DNA of 49,528 nucleotides from Clostridia bacterium (GCA_017886645.1 JAGHJM010000012.1:1-49528), one strand, 5' to 3'; counted from the stretch's first letter, positions 10,042 to 18,228 are shown. Notes: a model not told the origin generated them from the letters alone. Made by a program: numbers and translations.

Positions 10042-10456
10042 AATAGCATTAACTGAAGTAGATGAAATTTTAAAATTTACTGATACTGAGTTAGTAAATA
10101 AAATTCCTATGTCATTTAAAAAATTTATTAAGAAAAATAAAAATAAAGATTATAAGCCTAACATAACACCAGGAATTCCAATTAATGAGCAAGTGCTAAA
10201 AAAAGAGACAGAGGCAATATTAAGCTTAATCTTTAGAAGTTATTGGGCAACAGAAGAAGAAAAAAGAGAGTTAGAGGCAAATGACGAAAATTATATATCT
10301 ACATTAGAGGCCGAAACTGAAATAAAATTTCCCGTTAATAACAAAGCAAATAATACTACAAAAGAAAACGAAAATATGCAATTGATGAACATAGAAAAAG
10401 TACCATGGTATAAAAAGATATACTATAAAATATTAAAATTGATACATAAAAATTAA
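10025..10456 (+). CDS. hypothetical protein, translationally coupled to the amidoligase gene
   Basis: The ATG overlaps the upstream gene by 17 nt (10025-10041), and GGGAAGG lies inside the upstream coding sequence. 143 aa, no TM helix, no recognised domain. Confidence 0.6.
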   Translation: MDWNYEIALTEVDEILKFTDTELVNKIPMSFKKFIKKNKNKDYKPNITPGIPINEQVLKKETEAILSLIFRSYWATEEEKRELEANDENYISTLEAETEIKFPVNNKANNTTKENENMQLMNIEKVPWYKKIYYKILKLIHKN

Positions 10457-10478
10457 TATATTATAGGAGGGGAAATTT

Positions 10479-10919
10479 ATGAATGGAAAAAAGTCTTATA
10501 TAACAAAAATAATTATACTTATAGTTATTGTAGCAATAGCAGTATTTGCACATATCTATTTAATTGATATGGAAAGGCTATTTCATGATGAGGATGTTCT
10601 GTTTAGTACTTGGGGACAAGGAAGTGTAGGGATAATCCCTATGGAAGACGGAGATGATATTGTAACAGAAAAAAGAACCTGTACAATTGTAGAAAATTTA
10701 GAGAAAGAAGATACAACTGGAGAGTATAATTATTATGTAGTAAAAAATATAGATGAAGATAATCCAGTAGTAGTAAAAATAGATAAAAAATACGAATTAC
10801 AAGCAAACACTAATTATGAATTTGAATTTTCAGGACCTAAAAAAGCATATTATTTAAACAATGATGACATGAGATATATTTTTGAGCTTTGTGAAATTAT
10901 TAATATAAAACAGTTATAA
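10479..10919 (+). CDS. small membrane-anchored protein, paralog 1
   Basis: RBS AGGAGGGG. N-terminal TM helix. Shares FSTWG, GEYNYYV, DNP.V and NTNYEFE blocks with the next ORF. Confidence 0.7.
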   Translation: MNGKKSYITKIIILIVIVAIAVFAHIYLIDMERLFHDEDVLFSTWGQGSVGIIPMEDGDDIVTEKRTCTIVENLEKEDTTGEYNYYVVKNIDEDNPVVVKIDKKYELQANTNYEFEFSGPKKAYYLNNDDMRYIFELCEIINIKQL

Positions 10920-10956
10920 AAATATACAAATAAAATGATAAAATGGAGGAATTAAA

Positions 10957-11427
10957 ATGAAAAATAAAAAAATTTTTATATTAATAGTTTTACTTTTGAT
11001 TATATTAATAGTTATATCATTTTTTATTCATTTATATATAATAGATAAAAATAGAATGGAAAATGGAGAAGAAGTAATGTTTAGCACATGGGGAAATAGC
11101 AATTATGTTGCAAATACTACATCACAATCTATTGCAATAGAATTTCAAACCGTAAATAGAGTATATACGGTAATTTCTAATTTAAATAATATGACAAATG
11201 AATCAGGAGAATACAATTATTATGTAATAGAACAATTTCAAATGGACAACCCAACAGTTATACGCTTAAATAAAAAACATGGAGAATTAAAGGAAAATAC
11301 TAATTATGAATTTGAACTATATGGAGCAAAAGAATTACTTGATGATACGAAAGATTTAAGTAATATATTTAATAGTTGTCAAATACTATCAATACAAGAA
11401 ACGGATAAAGTGGGATTAGATATATAA
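10957..11427 (+). CDS. small membrane-anchored protein, paralog 2
   Basis: RBS TGGAGGAA. Same architecture and conserved blocks as 10479..10919. Confidence 0.7.
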   Translation: MKNKKIFILIVLLLIILIVISFFIHLYIIDKNRMENGEEVMFSTWGNSNYVANTTSQSIAIEFQTVNRVYTVISNLNNMTNESGEYNYYVIEQFQMDNPTVIRLNKKHGELKENTNYEFELYGAKELLDDTKDLSNIFNSCQILSIQETDKVGLDI

Positions 11428-11433
11428 AATAGA

Positions 11434-11468
11434 AAAGAGCATGAATTTTCATTAATTTCATGCTCTTT
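11434..11468. terminator. bidirectional terminator between convergent genes
   Basis: 12-bp stem AAAGAGCATGAA / TTCATGCTCTTT, flanked by an A-run on the left and T-rich sequence on the right. Confidence 0.65.
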
Positions 11469-11472
11469 AGTT

Positions 11473-12720
11473 TTATCTTAATAAAGTTCCCCATTTTTTG
11501 TATACGTGACTAAACATATTAAAAATAGTGTTTTTTTCTGCAGATTCATTTGCAATAATATTAACTCTTGAAAGTTCCATACCATCTATTGTATATACAA
11601 TTTCACCAATTTTATCGCCTTTATTAATTGGTGCTTGAATAGTATCTGGAATATTTATAATTTGTTCTATATTACTATCATCACCTTTTTTCAAAATTGT
11701 TCCAATTGTATTTTCGTATACAACTTCTATACTATCTTTGGTACCCTTTTGAATGTCTACAGTTTTTACAACTTCATTTGCTTCTGCAAATTTTTTGTAT
11801 TCAAAATTATTAAAACCATAGTCTAAAAGCTTTTGAGCTTCTGAAAAACGGACTTTTGTAGAAGGAGCTTTCATAATTACAGCAATTAAAGATAAATCAC
11901 CCCTTGTTGCACTAGCAGACAAATTGTATAAAGCAACTGAAGTAGACCCTGTTTTTAAACCAGTAGCACCTTTATAATTTCTAATTAATTTATTAGTGTT
12001 AACTAATTCAGATTTACCATCTCGTAATGTATCCATCCATATAGTAGTATATTTTGTAATATCAGGATGCTTTAAAAGTAACTCTCTTGACATTAATGCA
12101 ATATCATATGCAGATGTTAAGTGTCCGTCTTCATCTATACCGTGGCAGTTTTTAAATGTAGTATCATTCATTCCTAGCTCTTTAGCTTTATTATTCATCT
12201 GCTCAACAAATGCTTCTTGACTTCCAGCCAAATATTCTGCCATAGCAACAGTACAGTCATTAGCAGATACAACACATATTGCTTTTAGCATTTCATCTAC
12301 AGTAAGTTCTTCTCTTACATCCAACCAAATTTGGGAGCCACCCATGGCTGCTGCAGTTTCTGTACAAGGTATTTTATCGGAATATGATAGTTTACCAGAG
12401 TCTATAGCCTCCATAATTAGTAAGAGGCTCATTACTTTAGTAACACTAGCAGGTCTTAATTTTTCATGCATGTTATGGTTATACAAAACTCTTCCAGTAG
12501 TTTGCTCAATTAAAACAGCTCCGCCTGATTCTAAATTTAAGTCTGTTGTATTTTCTATTTTTTCTTCATTAATGTTTGCATTTGTTTCAACGGTATTATT
12601 TAAAGGCTCTGATGTAGGAGACCATACATAAATTTCTGATGTTGCAAAACAGCTAGTGGTGATAAATATTAGTAATATTAGAAACAAACAAAGTACTGAT
12701 ATTATTTTTCTAAAGAACAT
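11473..12720 (-). CDS. D-alanyl-D-alanine carboxypeptidase (peptidase S11, PBP5 type)
   Basis: Signal/TM N-terminus, SxxK (ASVTKVM), SxN (VSANDC) and KTG (LKTGST) motifs, plus a PBP5-like C-terminal domain. RBS GGAGGG. Confidence 0.9.
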   Translation of the reverse strand: MFFRKIISVLCLFLILLIFITTSCFATSEIYVWSPTSEPLNNTVETNANINEEKIENTTDLNLESGGAVLIEQTTGRVLYNHNMHEKLRPASVTKVMSLLLIMEAIDSGKLSYSDKIPCTETAAAMGGSQIWLDVREELTVDEMLKAICVVSANDCTVAMAEYLAGSQEAFVEQMNNKAKELGMNDTTFKNCHGIDEDGHLTSAYDIALMSRELLLKHPDITKYTTIWMDTLRDGKSELVNTNKLIRNYKGATGLKTGSTSVALYNLSASATRGDLSLIAVIMKAPSTKVRFSEAQKLLDYGFNNFEYKKFAEANEVVKTVDIQKGTKDSIEVVYENTIGTILKKGDDSNIEQIINIPDTIQAPINKGDKIGEIVYTIDGMELSRVNIIANESAEKNTIFNMFSHVYKKWGTLLR

Positions 12721-12786
12721 ATAAATCCCTCCAATTTATTAAATATTATTTATGAAGGGATGTTTTTAGAAGTAAAATAGAAATAT

Positions 12787-13440
12787 TTATTCAATTTTTA
12801 ATATTCTCGCAGTTACATTTTTTTCATCAACTGTTACTAATAATTTAATATCATTTTTTGTATTATTTTTGAATTTTAAGTCCAAACTATCATAAGCAAC
12901 TGTTGCATCTTTACCTTTTTTTACATAACCAACTTCCTTACCGTGTTCATGTCTTTCTGTAACTTCTAAATTTTTTACGCCTAAAACAGCATTATATATA
13001 GTAGTACTTACTTGACAATTTCCTCCACCATAACCTTTAACTTTTTTACCATTTACAAATACACCGGCTTTTTCATAACCTTTTTCTTCTGTAGGACTTC
13101 CAACTACTTGGTTAAAAGAAAATTCTTCACCTTGTTTTACTATAGTACCATTAATTTTTTTTGCAGTAATTTCCATATTTGTATCTCTATTATTATCATC
13201 TATTTGAATTGGAGTAGAAAAAGAAGAAATCTCTGTTTCAATAGGTTCGGTTTCAGAAATACTTATATTATTTGTAACATTTTTGGAAGTTTCAGTATTT
13301 GACGCAGTTTTCTCAGCATTATAATTTTGATTATTAGAAGACATATTTTCATTATTAGAATTATCATTAGAACAACCAGTTAAAACAAATAATAATGATA
13401 AAAATGTAAAAGCAATAAAAATACATTTTGTTTTTTTCAT
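12787..13440 (-). CDS. VanW-family lipoprotein
   Basis: Lipobox LTGCSN, N/S-rich linker, and the VanW core GYGGGNCQVSTTIYNA. I prefer the ATG at 13440 (MKKTK...) to the TTG at 13458. Confidence 0.8.
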   Translation of the reverse strand: MKKTKCIFIAFTFLSLLFVLTGCSNDNSNNENMSSNNQNYNAEKTASNTETSKNVTNNISISETEPIETEISSFSTPIQIDDNNRDTNMEITAKKINGTIVKQGEEFSFNQVVGSPTEEKGYEKAGVFVNGKKVKGYGGGNCQVSTTIYNAVLGVKNLEVTERHEHGKEVGYVKKGKDATVAYDSLDLKFKNNTKNDIKLLVTVDEKNVTARILKIE

Positions 13441-13518
13441 TTTAATCAGTCCTTTCAAAATTATATTATTTCCTTTAAAATATAAAATATTTTAACTATA
13501 ATTTCTAAATAACTTATA

Positions 13519-13546
13519 TTGACAAAATTAAGTTTTGTAGTATAAT
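13519..13546 (+). promoter_or_regulatory. near-consensus sigma-A promoter
   Basis: TTGACA (13519-13524), 16-nt spacer, TATAAT (13541-13546). Confidence 0.55.
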
Positions 13547-13576
13547 TAAAAGTGTAGTAAATTAAGGAGAAAAAGT

Positions 13577-13735
13577 ATGTTAGGTAAAATTTGGAAAAAA
13601 GTTTTATTTTTTGTATTAATTGTAGCCTGTTTGTTTAATATAATAAACAAATTAGTACATAAGGCATCTTTAGATGAAGAATTACAAGCATCTGCACAAT
13701 ATATACAAGAAAGGCAAATGCAAGAAAATAATTAA
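13577..13735 (+). CDS. small (52-aa) membrane protein, absent from the ORF track
   Basis: AAGGAGAA RBS 6 nt before the ATG. MLGKIWKKVLFFVLIVACLFNII... is a single TM helix followed by a charged tail. It is preceded by the consensus promoter. Confidence 0.5.
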   Translation: MLGKIWKKVLFFVLIVACLFNIINKLVHKASLDEELQASAQYIQERQMQENN

Positions 13736-13815
13736 CATATCACTTGAAAATTTTTCTAATATATGTTATTATATAAAATAGTAGTTTAAAAAATTAAGGG
13801 AGAGGTGAATACAAA

Positions 13816-14016
13816 ATGAAAGAAGGATTACATCCAGAATATAATGAAACAACAATAACATGTGCATGTGGTAATGTAATGAAAGTTGGTTCAACAAAAA
13901 AAGATATAAAAGTAGATATTTGCTCAAAATGTCATCCATTTTGGACAGGTAACTTAAAAAGAGAAACAACTGGTGGTAGAGCAGATAAATTTAAGAAAAA
14001 ATATGGTCTTCAATAA
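13816..14016 (+). CDS. rpmE: 50S ribosomal protein L31 (zinc-binding type A)
   Basis: [20 protein letters not shown]...[10 protein letters not shown], with Cys pairs present. Confidence 0.95.
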   Translation: MKEGLHPEYNETTITCACGNVMKVGSTKKDIKVDICSKCHPFWTGNLKRETTGGRADKFKKKYGLQ

Positions 14017-14034
14017 AAGTTGTAACATATATGG

Positions 14035-14069
14035 AAAAAGTAGTAACCTAAAAAAGTTACTACTTTTTT
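14035..14069 (+). terminator. rho-independent terminator after rpmE
   Basis: 13-bp stem AAAAAGTAGTAAC / GTTACTACTTTTT with a T-rich tail. Confidence 0.8.
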
Positions 14070-14141
14070 ATTAAATTAATAAAATCTTAAAAAATATATT
14101 TTATTTGTATGTTATAATTTTTAAAACAAAAGAGGTGTTTT

Positions 14142-14957
14142 ATGAAAAGAAAATGGATATTAATTTTATTGGTGATTATTTTAATATGTTTATTTATATG
14201 GTGGTTTAACACATTTACAATAAAAACAACAGTTACAGAGATTGTTAGCGATAAAATAAAAAATGAAATAAAAATAGTACAAATATCAGATTTACATGGT
14301 AGTACTTTTGGAAAAGATAATAATAAACTAATAAGAAAAATAGAAAAAGAAAATCCAGACTTTATTTGTGTAACAGGAGATATGTATACTGCAGGAGATG
14401 AAAAAGGAAAACAAGTAGCGAAGAATTTAATAGTTACTCTTGCAGAAAAATATGATGTTTATTTTGTTAATGGAGAACATGATAGTAGTGAAGAATTTAT
14501 GAATGAACTAAAAGCAAATAATGTGAAAGTTTTAGATTATAAAAAAGAAACAATAGAAATAAAAGATACAAAATTAAACTTATATGGAATAACTAATCAA
14601 TATTATTCTCCAACATTTGATTTAGCAAATGAATTTGAAATAAATAAAGATGAATATAATATTTTATTAGCACATATTTCAAATTTTTCGAAATTTGAAC
14701 AATTTGGAATAGATTTATCGTTATGCGGAGATACTCATGGAGGTCAGGTACGTTTACCTTTTATAGGGGCTGTTACCAATGACGGAATTTGGTTTCCAGA
14801 AATAAATGCAAGTGATACTGATGCAAAATATACTAAAGGCTTATATAAGGAAAATAATTCATATTTATTTATAACAAGCGGATTAGGTAATTATCCAATA
14901 CCTATAAGATTATTTAATAGACCGGAAATAGCTGTTATAAAACTTTTAGGTGAATGA
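14142..14957 (+). CDS. membrane-anchored calcineurin-like metallophosphoesterase
   Basis: N-terminal TM helix. Motifs VQISDLHG, TGDM, NGEHD and CGDTHGGQ. Confidence 0.85.
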   Translation: MKRKWILILLVIILICLFIWWFNTFTIKTTVTEIVSDKIKNEIKIVQISDLHGSTFGKDNNKLIRKIEKENPDFICVTGDMYTAGDEKGKQVAKNLIVTLAEKYDVYFVNGEHDSSEEFMNELKANNVKVLDYKKETIEIKDTKLNLYGITNQYYSPTFDLANEFEINKDEYNILLAHISNFSKFEQFGIDLSLCGDTHGGQVRLPFIGAVTNDGIWFPEINASDTDAKYTKGLYKENNSYLFITSGLGNYPIPIRLFNRPEIAVIKLLGE

Positions 14958-14962
14958 TGTGA

Positions 14963-14991
14963 TTGACTGATTTACATAAAAGTTGTATAAT
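14963..14991 (+). promoter_or_regulatory. near-consensus sigma-A promoter of cassette 1
   Basis: TTGACT (14963-14968), 17-nt spacer, TATAAT (14986-14991). Confidence 0.6.
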
Positions 14992-15020
14992 TGTTTTATC
15001 CGAGTTTAGGAGGGACATTT

Positions 15021-15332
15021 ATGACTGATCCTTTAGTAGTAAGAATTCCGTATTATCGTCAGGTTCCGGGATATATTCTGGAACAAGAAAGTTCGGGTTT
15101 CTGCAGGCTCGCAAAATACACCAGATCAGGTGACTATACCGTGATAGCACGGTATGTGATGCCATCAACAGAAGAAGAGCTTGACACGATTATCCACGAC
15201 ATACGCCGGAAACACTGGAAGAAGAGGCTGTTCGTTTCTGTACGGATCCTTTCCGCAGAAGAGCAGCAGGCACTAAAAGATGAAGAGGAATATCTTGAAC
15301 TTCTTCTTAAAGAAATGAGGGATGAAAAGTAA
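15021..15332 (+). CDS. hypothetical 103-aa protein of foreign composition
   Basis: AGGAGG (15008-15013) lies 7 nt before the ATG at 15021; the track's TTG at 14991 sits inside the -10 box. The ORF is rich in CGG, CCG, CGC, CTG and GTG codons, which I rarely see in flanking genes. No recognised motif. Confidence 0.7.
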   Translation: MTDPLVVRIPYYRQVPGYILEQESSGFCRLAKYTRSGDYTVIARYVMPSTEEELDTIIHDIRRKHWKKRLFVSVRILSAEEQQALKDEEEYLELLLKEMRDEK

Positions 15333-15338
15333 TGTTCC

Positions 15339-15376
15339 GGACTGGCGAGGCTTTGCCAAGCCAGTCCTATTTTTTT
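15339..15376 (+). terminator. GC-rich rho-independent terminator of cassette 1
   Basis: GGACTGGC..GGC ttt GCC..GCCAGTCC followed by TATTTTTTT. Confidence 0.8.
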
Positions 15377-15408
15377 ATAAATATAATTTTAATAACTATA
15401 TACTTTAT

Positions 15409-15449
15409 AAAACATATTGTGATATAATCACGATATGTTTTATTTTTTA
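15409..15449 (+). terminator. AT-rich terminator, probably the original terminator of the metallophosphoesterase gene
   Basis: 15-bp stem AAAACATATTGTGAT / ATCACGATATGTTTT (one G:U pair), 3-nt loop, ATTTTTT. Confidence 0.65.
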
Positions 15450-15488
15450 CAAAAGATGTTAATAAAAACGTGAAAGGAGAAATTAATA

Positions 15489-17090
15489 ATGAAAAAGAAA
15501 GTATGGTATATAGTAATTGGAGTATTAGTTATTGCAATTATAGTAGCTATAACATTATTTTTAGTGTTTAGAAATAATGAAAATAATAACAATGAAGAAG
15601 AATTAAGTTTAAATTCAGAATTGAATGGAATGGTAGCTGTTGCTAAAAGAATGGAAAATGATATATCTAAAATTGTTGTCTTAAAAGAGGATGGAACAAG
15701 AGTAGATATAACACAAAATAGTGCTACTGAATACGAAGCATTAGACTATTATAATGGAAAAATATATTTACAAAGAGGAAAAGATTTTTATAGTATTGAT
15801 CTAAGCCAAGGTGATGGAAACTACAAATTAGAAAAAGTATTAACTTTTAATATGGAAGAATCAGATCTTCCAAAAGATATGTATGTATATGATGGAAAAA
15901 TATATTTAAATAAAAATAAAAGCCAAATAATTGCCTATGATCTTGCAACAGGTGTTTCAAATACAATAACAGAAGAAACAGAATATACTGAATTTAAAAT
16001 GGATAAAGAAAATGGTTTAATATATTATTGTGAAGCAACACCAGAATATTCTTTAAAAGAATATAATATTAGCACAGGAGAAACAAAAATAATTGATACT
16101 AATGATAGTGAATTAGTAGGAGATAATGAATATTATTATCAAATAAATCTTTATGATGTTAGTCAAGATGGAAAAATATTATATAGCAAATATGAAAAAG
16201 AAGGGAATGAAAGACCTTTAAAATATTACTTATATGATACAAATACCGGAGAAAAGGAAGAAATAGAAGGATTCCAGAGTGGAACTATTTCAGATGGTAA
16301 ACTATATTATTGTGCAAGCATGGAAAATGAACCAATGTACCCAGATTATAATTTAAGAGTTTATGAAAATGGAACAGTAAAAGAAATTACAGAGGCACAA
16401 GAAAATGATTATATGTATTTTTTTGATTTAGGAAATGGAAAAATTCAAGCTGTTATGACATGGGGACAAGATACTTCAACAAGTGGAGAACAAGCATATT
16501 TAATAGATAAAGAAACTTTACAAATAGAAGAAACAAGGGATAAATATGTATTAGTGCATGTTATTCAAAATGCAGATAATAAAGTAAGTTCATCAAATAC
16601 TAATGTTCAAGATGATAATGTATTAAGTAACAATACATCTAATAATACAGACACTAATGAAGAAGAAACAATTATTACATCACAAATAGCAATGCAAATT
16701 ATAGGAAAAAAATGGGGAACAGAAGTACCAAATACAGATTCAGCAGAAGATGGTTACAGTATAATTGGTGGCTATAGTAATATAAAAGTAAAAGATTTAA
16801 ATGGATTAGAATATTATGTTTTTCCATACTATGCTGTATCATCAGATGGACTAAATAGAAGTTATGTGCAAACTATTTTTATATCTATAGATGGAAAAAA
16901 GTATAAAATTAGTACTAATAGTGAAAATTTGAAAGATGGAGAAATAATAACAGATTTTAATGAAGAAGGAGATACAGAAGTAGATATTGAAGAACTTGAA
17001 AGCTATGAAAATACTGATGACTCTGAAAATATAGAAAATTTGGAAGATATAGAAAATGATGTAATCTTAGAAGAAAATGAAGAAATATAA
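15489..17090 (+). CDS. membrane-anchored extracytoplasmic protein with repeated GKIY(L/Y) motifs (possible beta-propeller, DUF5050-like) and an acidic tail
   Basis: N-terminal TM helix. Recurrent YYNGKIYLQRG, VYDGKIYLNKN, DGKILYSK and DGKLYYCAS. The C-terminus is D/E/N-rich. The family guess is tentative. Confidence 0.5.
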   Translation: MKKKVWYIVIGVLVIAIIVAITLFLVFRNNENNNNEEELSLNSELNGMVAVAKRMENDISKIVVLKEDGTRVDITQNSATEYEALDYYNGKIYLQRGKDFYSIDLSQGDGNYKLEKVLTFNMEESDLPKDMYVYDGKIYLNKNKSQIIAYDLATGVSNTITEETEYTEFKMDKENGLIYYCEATPEYSLKEYNISTGETKIIDTNDSELVGDNEYYYQINLYDVSQDGKILYSKYEKEGNERPLKYYLYDTNTGEKEEIEGFQSGTISDGKLYYCASMENEPMYPDYNLRVYENGTVKEITEAQENDYMYFFDLGNGKIQAVMTWGQDTSTSGEQAYLIDKETLQIEETRDKYVLVHVIQNADNKVSSSNTNVQDDNVLSNNTSNNTDTNEEETIITSQIAMQIIGKKWGTEVPNTDSAEDGYSIIGGYSNIKVKDLNGLEYYVFPYYAVSSDGLNRSYVQTIFISIDGKKYKISTNSENLKDGEIITDFNEEGDTEVDIEELESYENTDDSENIENLEDIENDVILEENEEI

Positions 17091-17117
17091 GAAATTATGA
17101 AAAATATTTTAAGTTTG

Positions 17118-17126
17118 TGTTATAAT
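17118..17126 (+). promoter_or_regulatory. extended -10 element 7 nt upstream of the next ATG
   Basis: TG-T-TATAAT (TG at 17118-17119, hexamer at 17121-17126). There is no SD-like sequence between it and the ATG at 17134. Confidence 0.35.
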
Positions 17127-17133
17127 AGAAAAT

Positions 17134-18228
17134 ATGGGAACAAATAAGTTTGAAAAAATAAATATATTAATAAATAATTTAATAAAAAACATAAAATATG
17201 TAATAAAGTCAATACCAATAGGAACTAAAATATTACTTGCTATTATATTAATTATTATAATTGTATTAGTATCAATTTCAATAATTATAAAAACAGAAAA
17301 TAGACAGAAATATGAAATTTATAGTGGAGCAAATTTAGATGAAAATAAGTATCCAGGGTATAAGGAATTAATAGATAACTTACTAGCAAGTCATCCAAAT
17401 TGGACATTTACATTATTTTATACAAGACTTGACTGGAATGAAGTAATTGCAAATGAAGGACATTCTGACTCAAGAACTAATCCTTTAAATTTAATTCCAG
17501 ATTCTTCTGAATATCCAGAGGATTGGAGATGTGAAATAGATAAAGACAAAAGATTTGATAATGGAACATGGCTTTGTACTTCAAATAAAGCTATAAGCTA
17601 TATAATGGATCCAAGAAATATTTTAAATGAGGACAATATATTTCAATTCGCAGAATTAAAGTATACAGAAGGAGCTCAAACTGTAGAAGGAATAAAATCA
17701 CTTACAGAAGATTCATTTTTAGAGGGAGATAGCATTGCAGAAGCATTAATACAAGCGGGAAAGAACGCAAATTTAGATCCATATTTTATTACATCTAGAC
17801 TAATACAAGAGCAAGGAAGAAGTGGTACAGTTTTATCTAGAGGCTATGAATATAATGGTATAACAGTATATAATCCATTTAATATAAATGCAACAGGAAA
17901 CTCGAGAGAAGAAATTTTACAAAATGCAGCTATGTATGCATATGAACAAGGATGGGACTCAATGGAAAAGGCATTAACTGGAGGAGTTGATTTTGTAAAA
18001 ACAGGTTATATAGATGTTGGACAAAACACATTATATTTACAAAAATTTGATGTTGTAAATCAAGATGGAGAATTATATTCACATCAATATATGCAAAATT
18101 TATTGGCATCTAGATCAGAAGCAAGTAATATGAAGGCAATATATGAGGCATCAAATACATTAGACTCAAAGTTGAATTTTATAATACCTTTATATGAAAA
18201 CATGCCAGAAGAAGTTTCAGGATATTAA
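17134..18228 (+). CDS. membrane-anchored peptidoglycan hydrolase, glucosaminidase (mannosyl-glycoprotein endo-beta-N-acetylglucosaminidase) family
   Basis: TM helix near the N-terminus. LDPYFITSRLIQEQGR...YNPFNI resembles the glucosaminidase-domain catalytic region. Confidence 0.55.
   Translation: MGTNKFEKINILINNLIKNIKYVIKSIPIGTKILLAIILIIIIVLVSISIIIKTENRQKYEIYSGANLDENKYPGYKELIDNLLASHPNWTFTLFYTRLDWNEVIANEGHSDSRTNPLNLIPDSSEYPEDWRCEIDKDKRFDNGTWLCTSNKAISYIMDPRNILNEDNIFQFAELKYTEGAQTVEGIKSLTEDSFLEGDSIAEALIQAGKNANLDPYFITSRLIQEQGRSGTVLSRGYEYNGITVYNPFNINATGNSREEILQNAAMYAYEQGWDSMEKALTGGVDFVKTGYIDVGQNTLYLQKFDVVNQDGELYSHQYMQNLLASRSEASNMKAIYEASNTLDSKLNFIIPLYENMPEEVSGY

Larger units (their letters stand above)
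14963..15376 (+). other. foreign-composition single-gene cassette 1 (promoter, RBS, ORF and terminator)
   Basis: Hand counts: lines 15061-15240 have 27, 29 and 29 G+C per 60 nt (45-48%), against 14 of 60 (23%) for 15421-15480. The boundaries coincide with one transcription unit. Confidence 0.7.

Noticed and set aside
14991-15020. The TTG start at 14991 for the GC-rich ORF (track protein MFYPSLGGTFMTDPL...).
   Set aside because: The TTG lies inside the -10 hexamer of the cassette promoter and upstream of the AGGAGG RBS. The ATG at 15021 has correct RBS spacing.
14940-15460. Target-site duplications or terminal inverted repeats flanking the two GC-rich cassettes (also examined at 44060-44500).
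   Set aside because: Only trivial 6-mers (TGTGAT, ATATAA, TATAAT) are shared between the flanks. That is not distinguishable from chance, so no mobility mechanism can be claimed.
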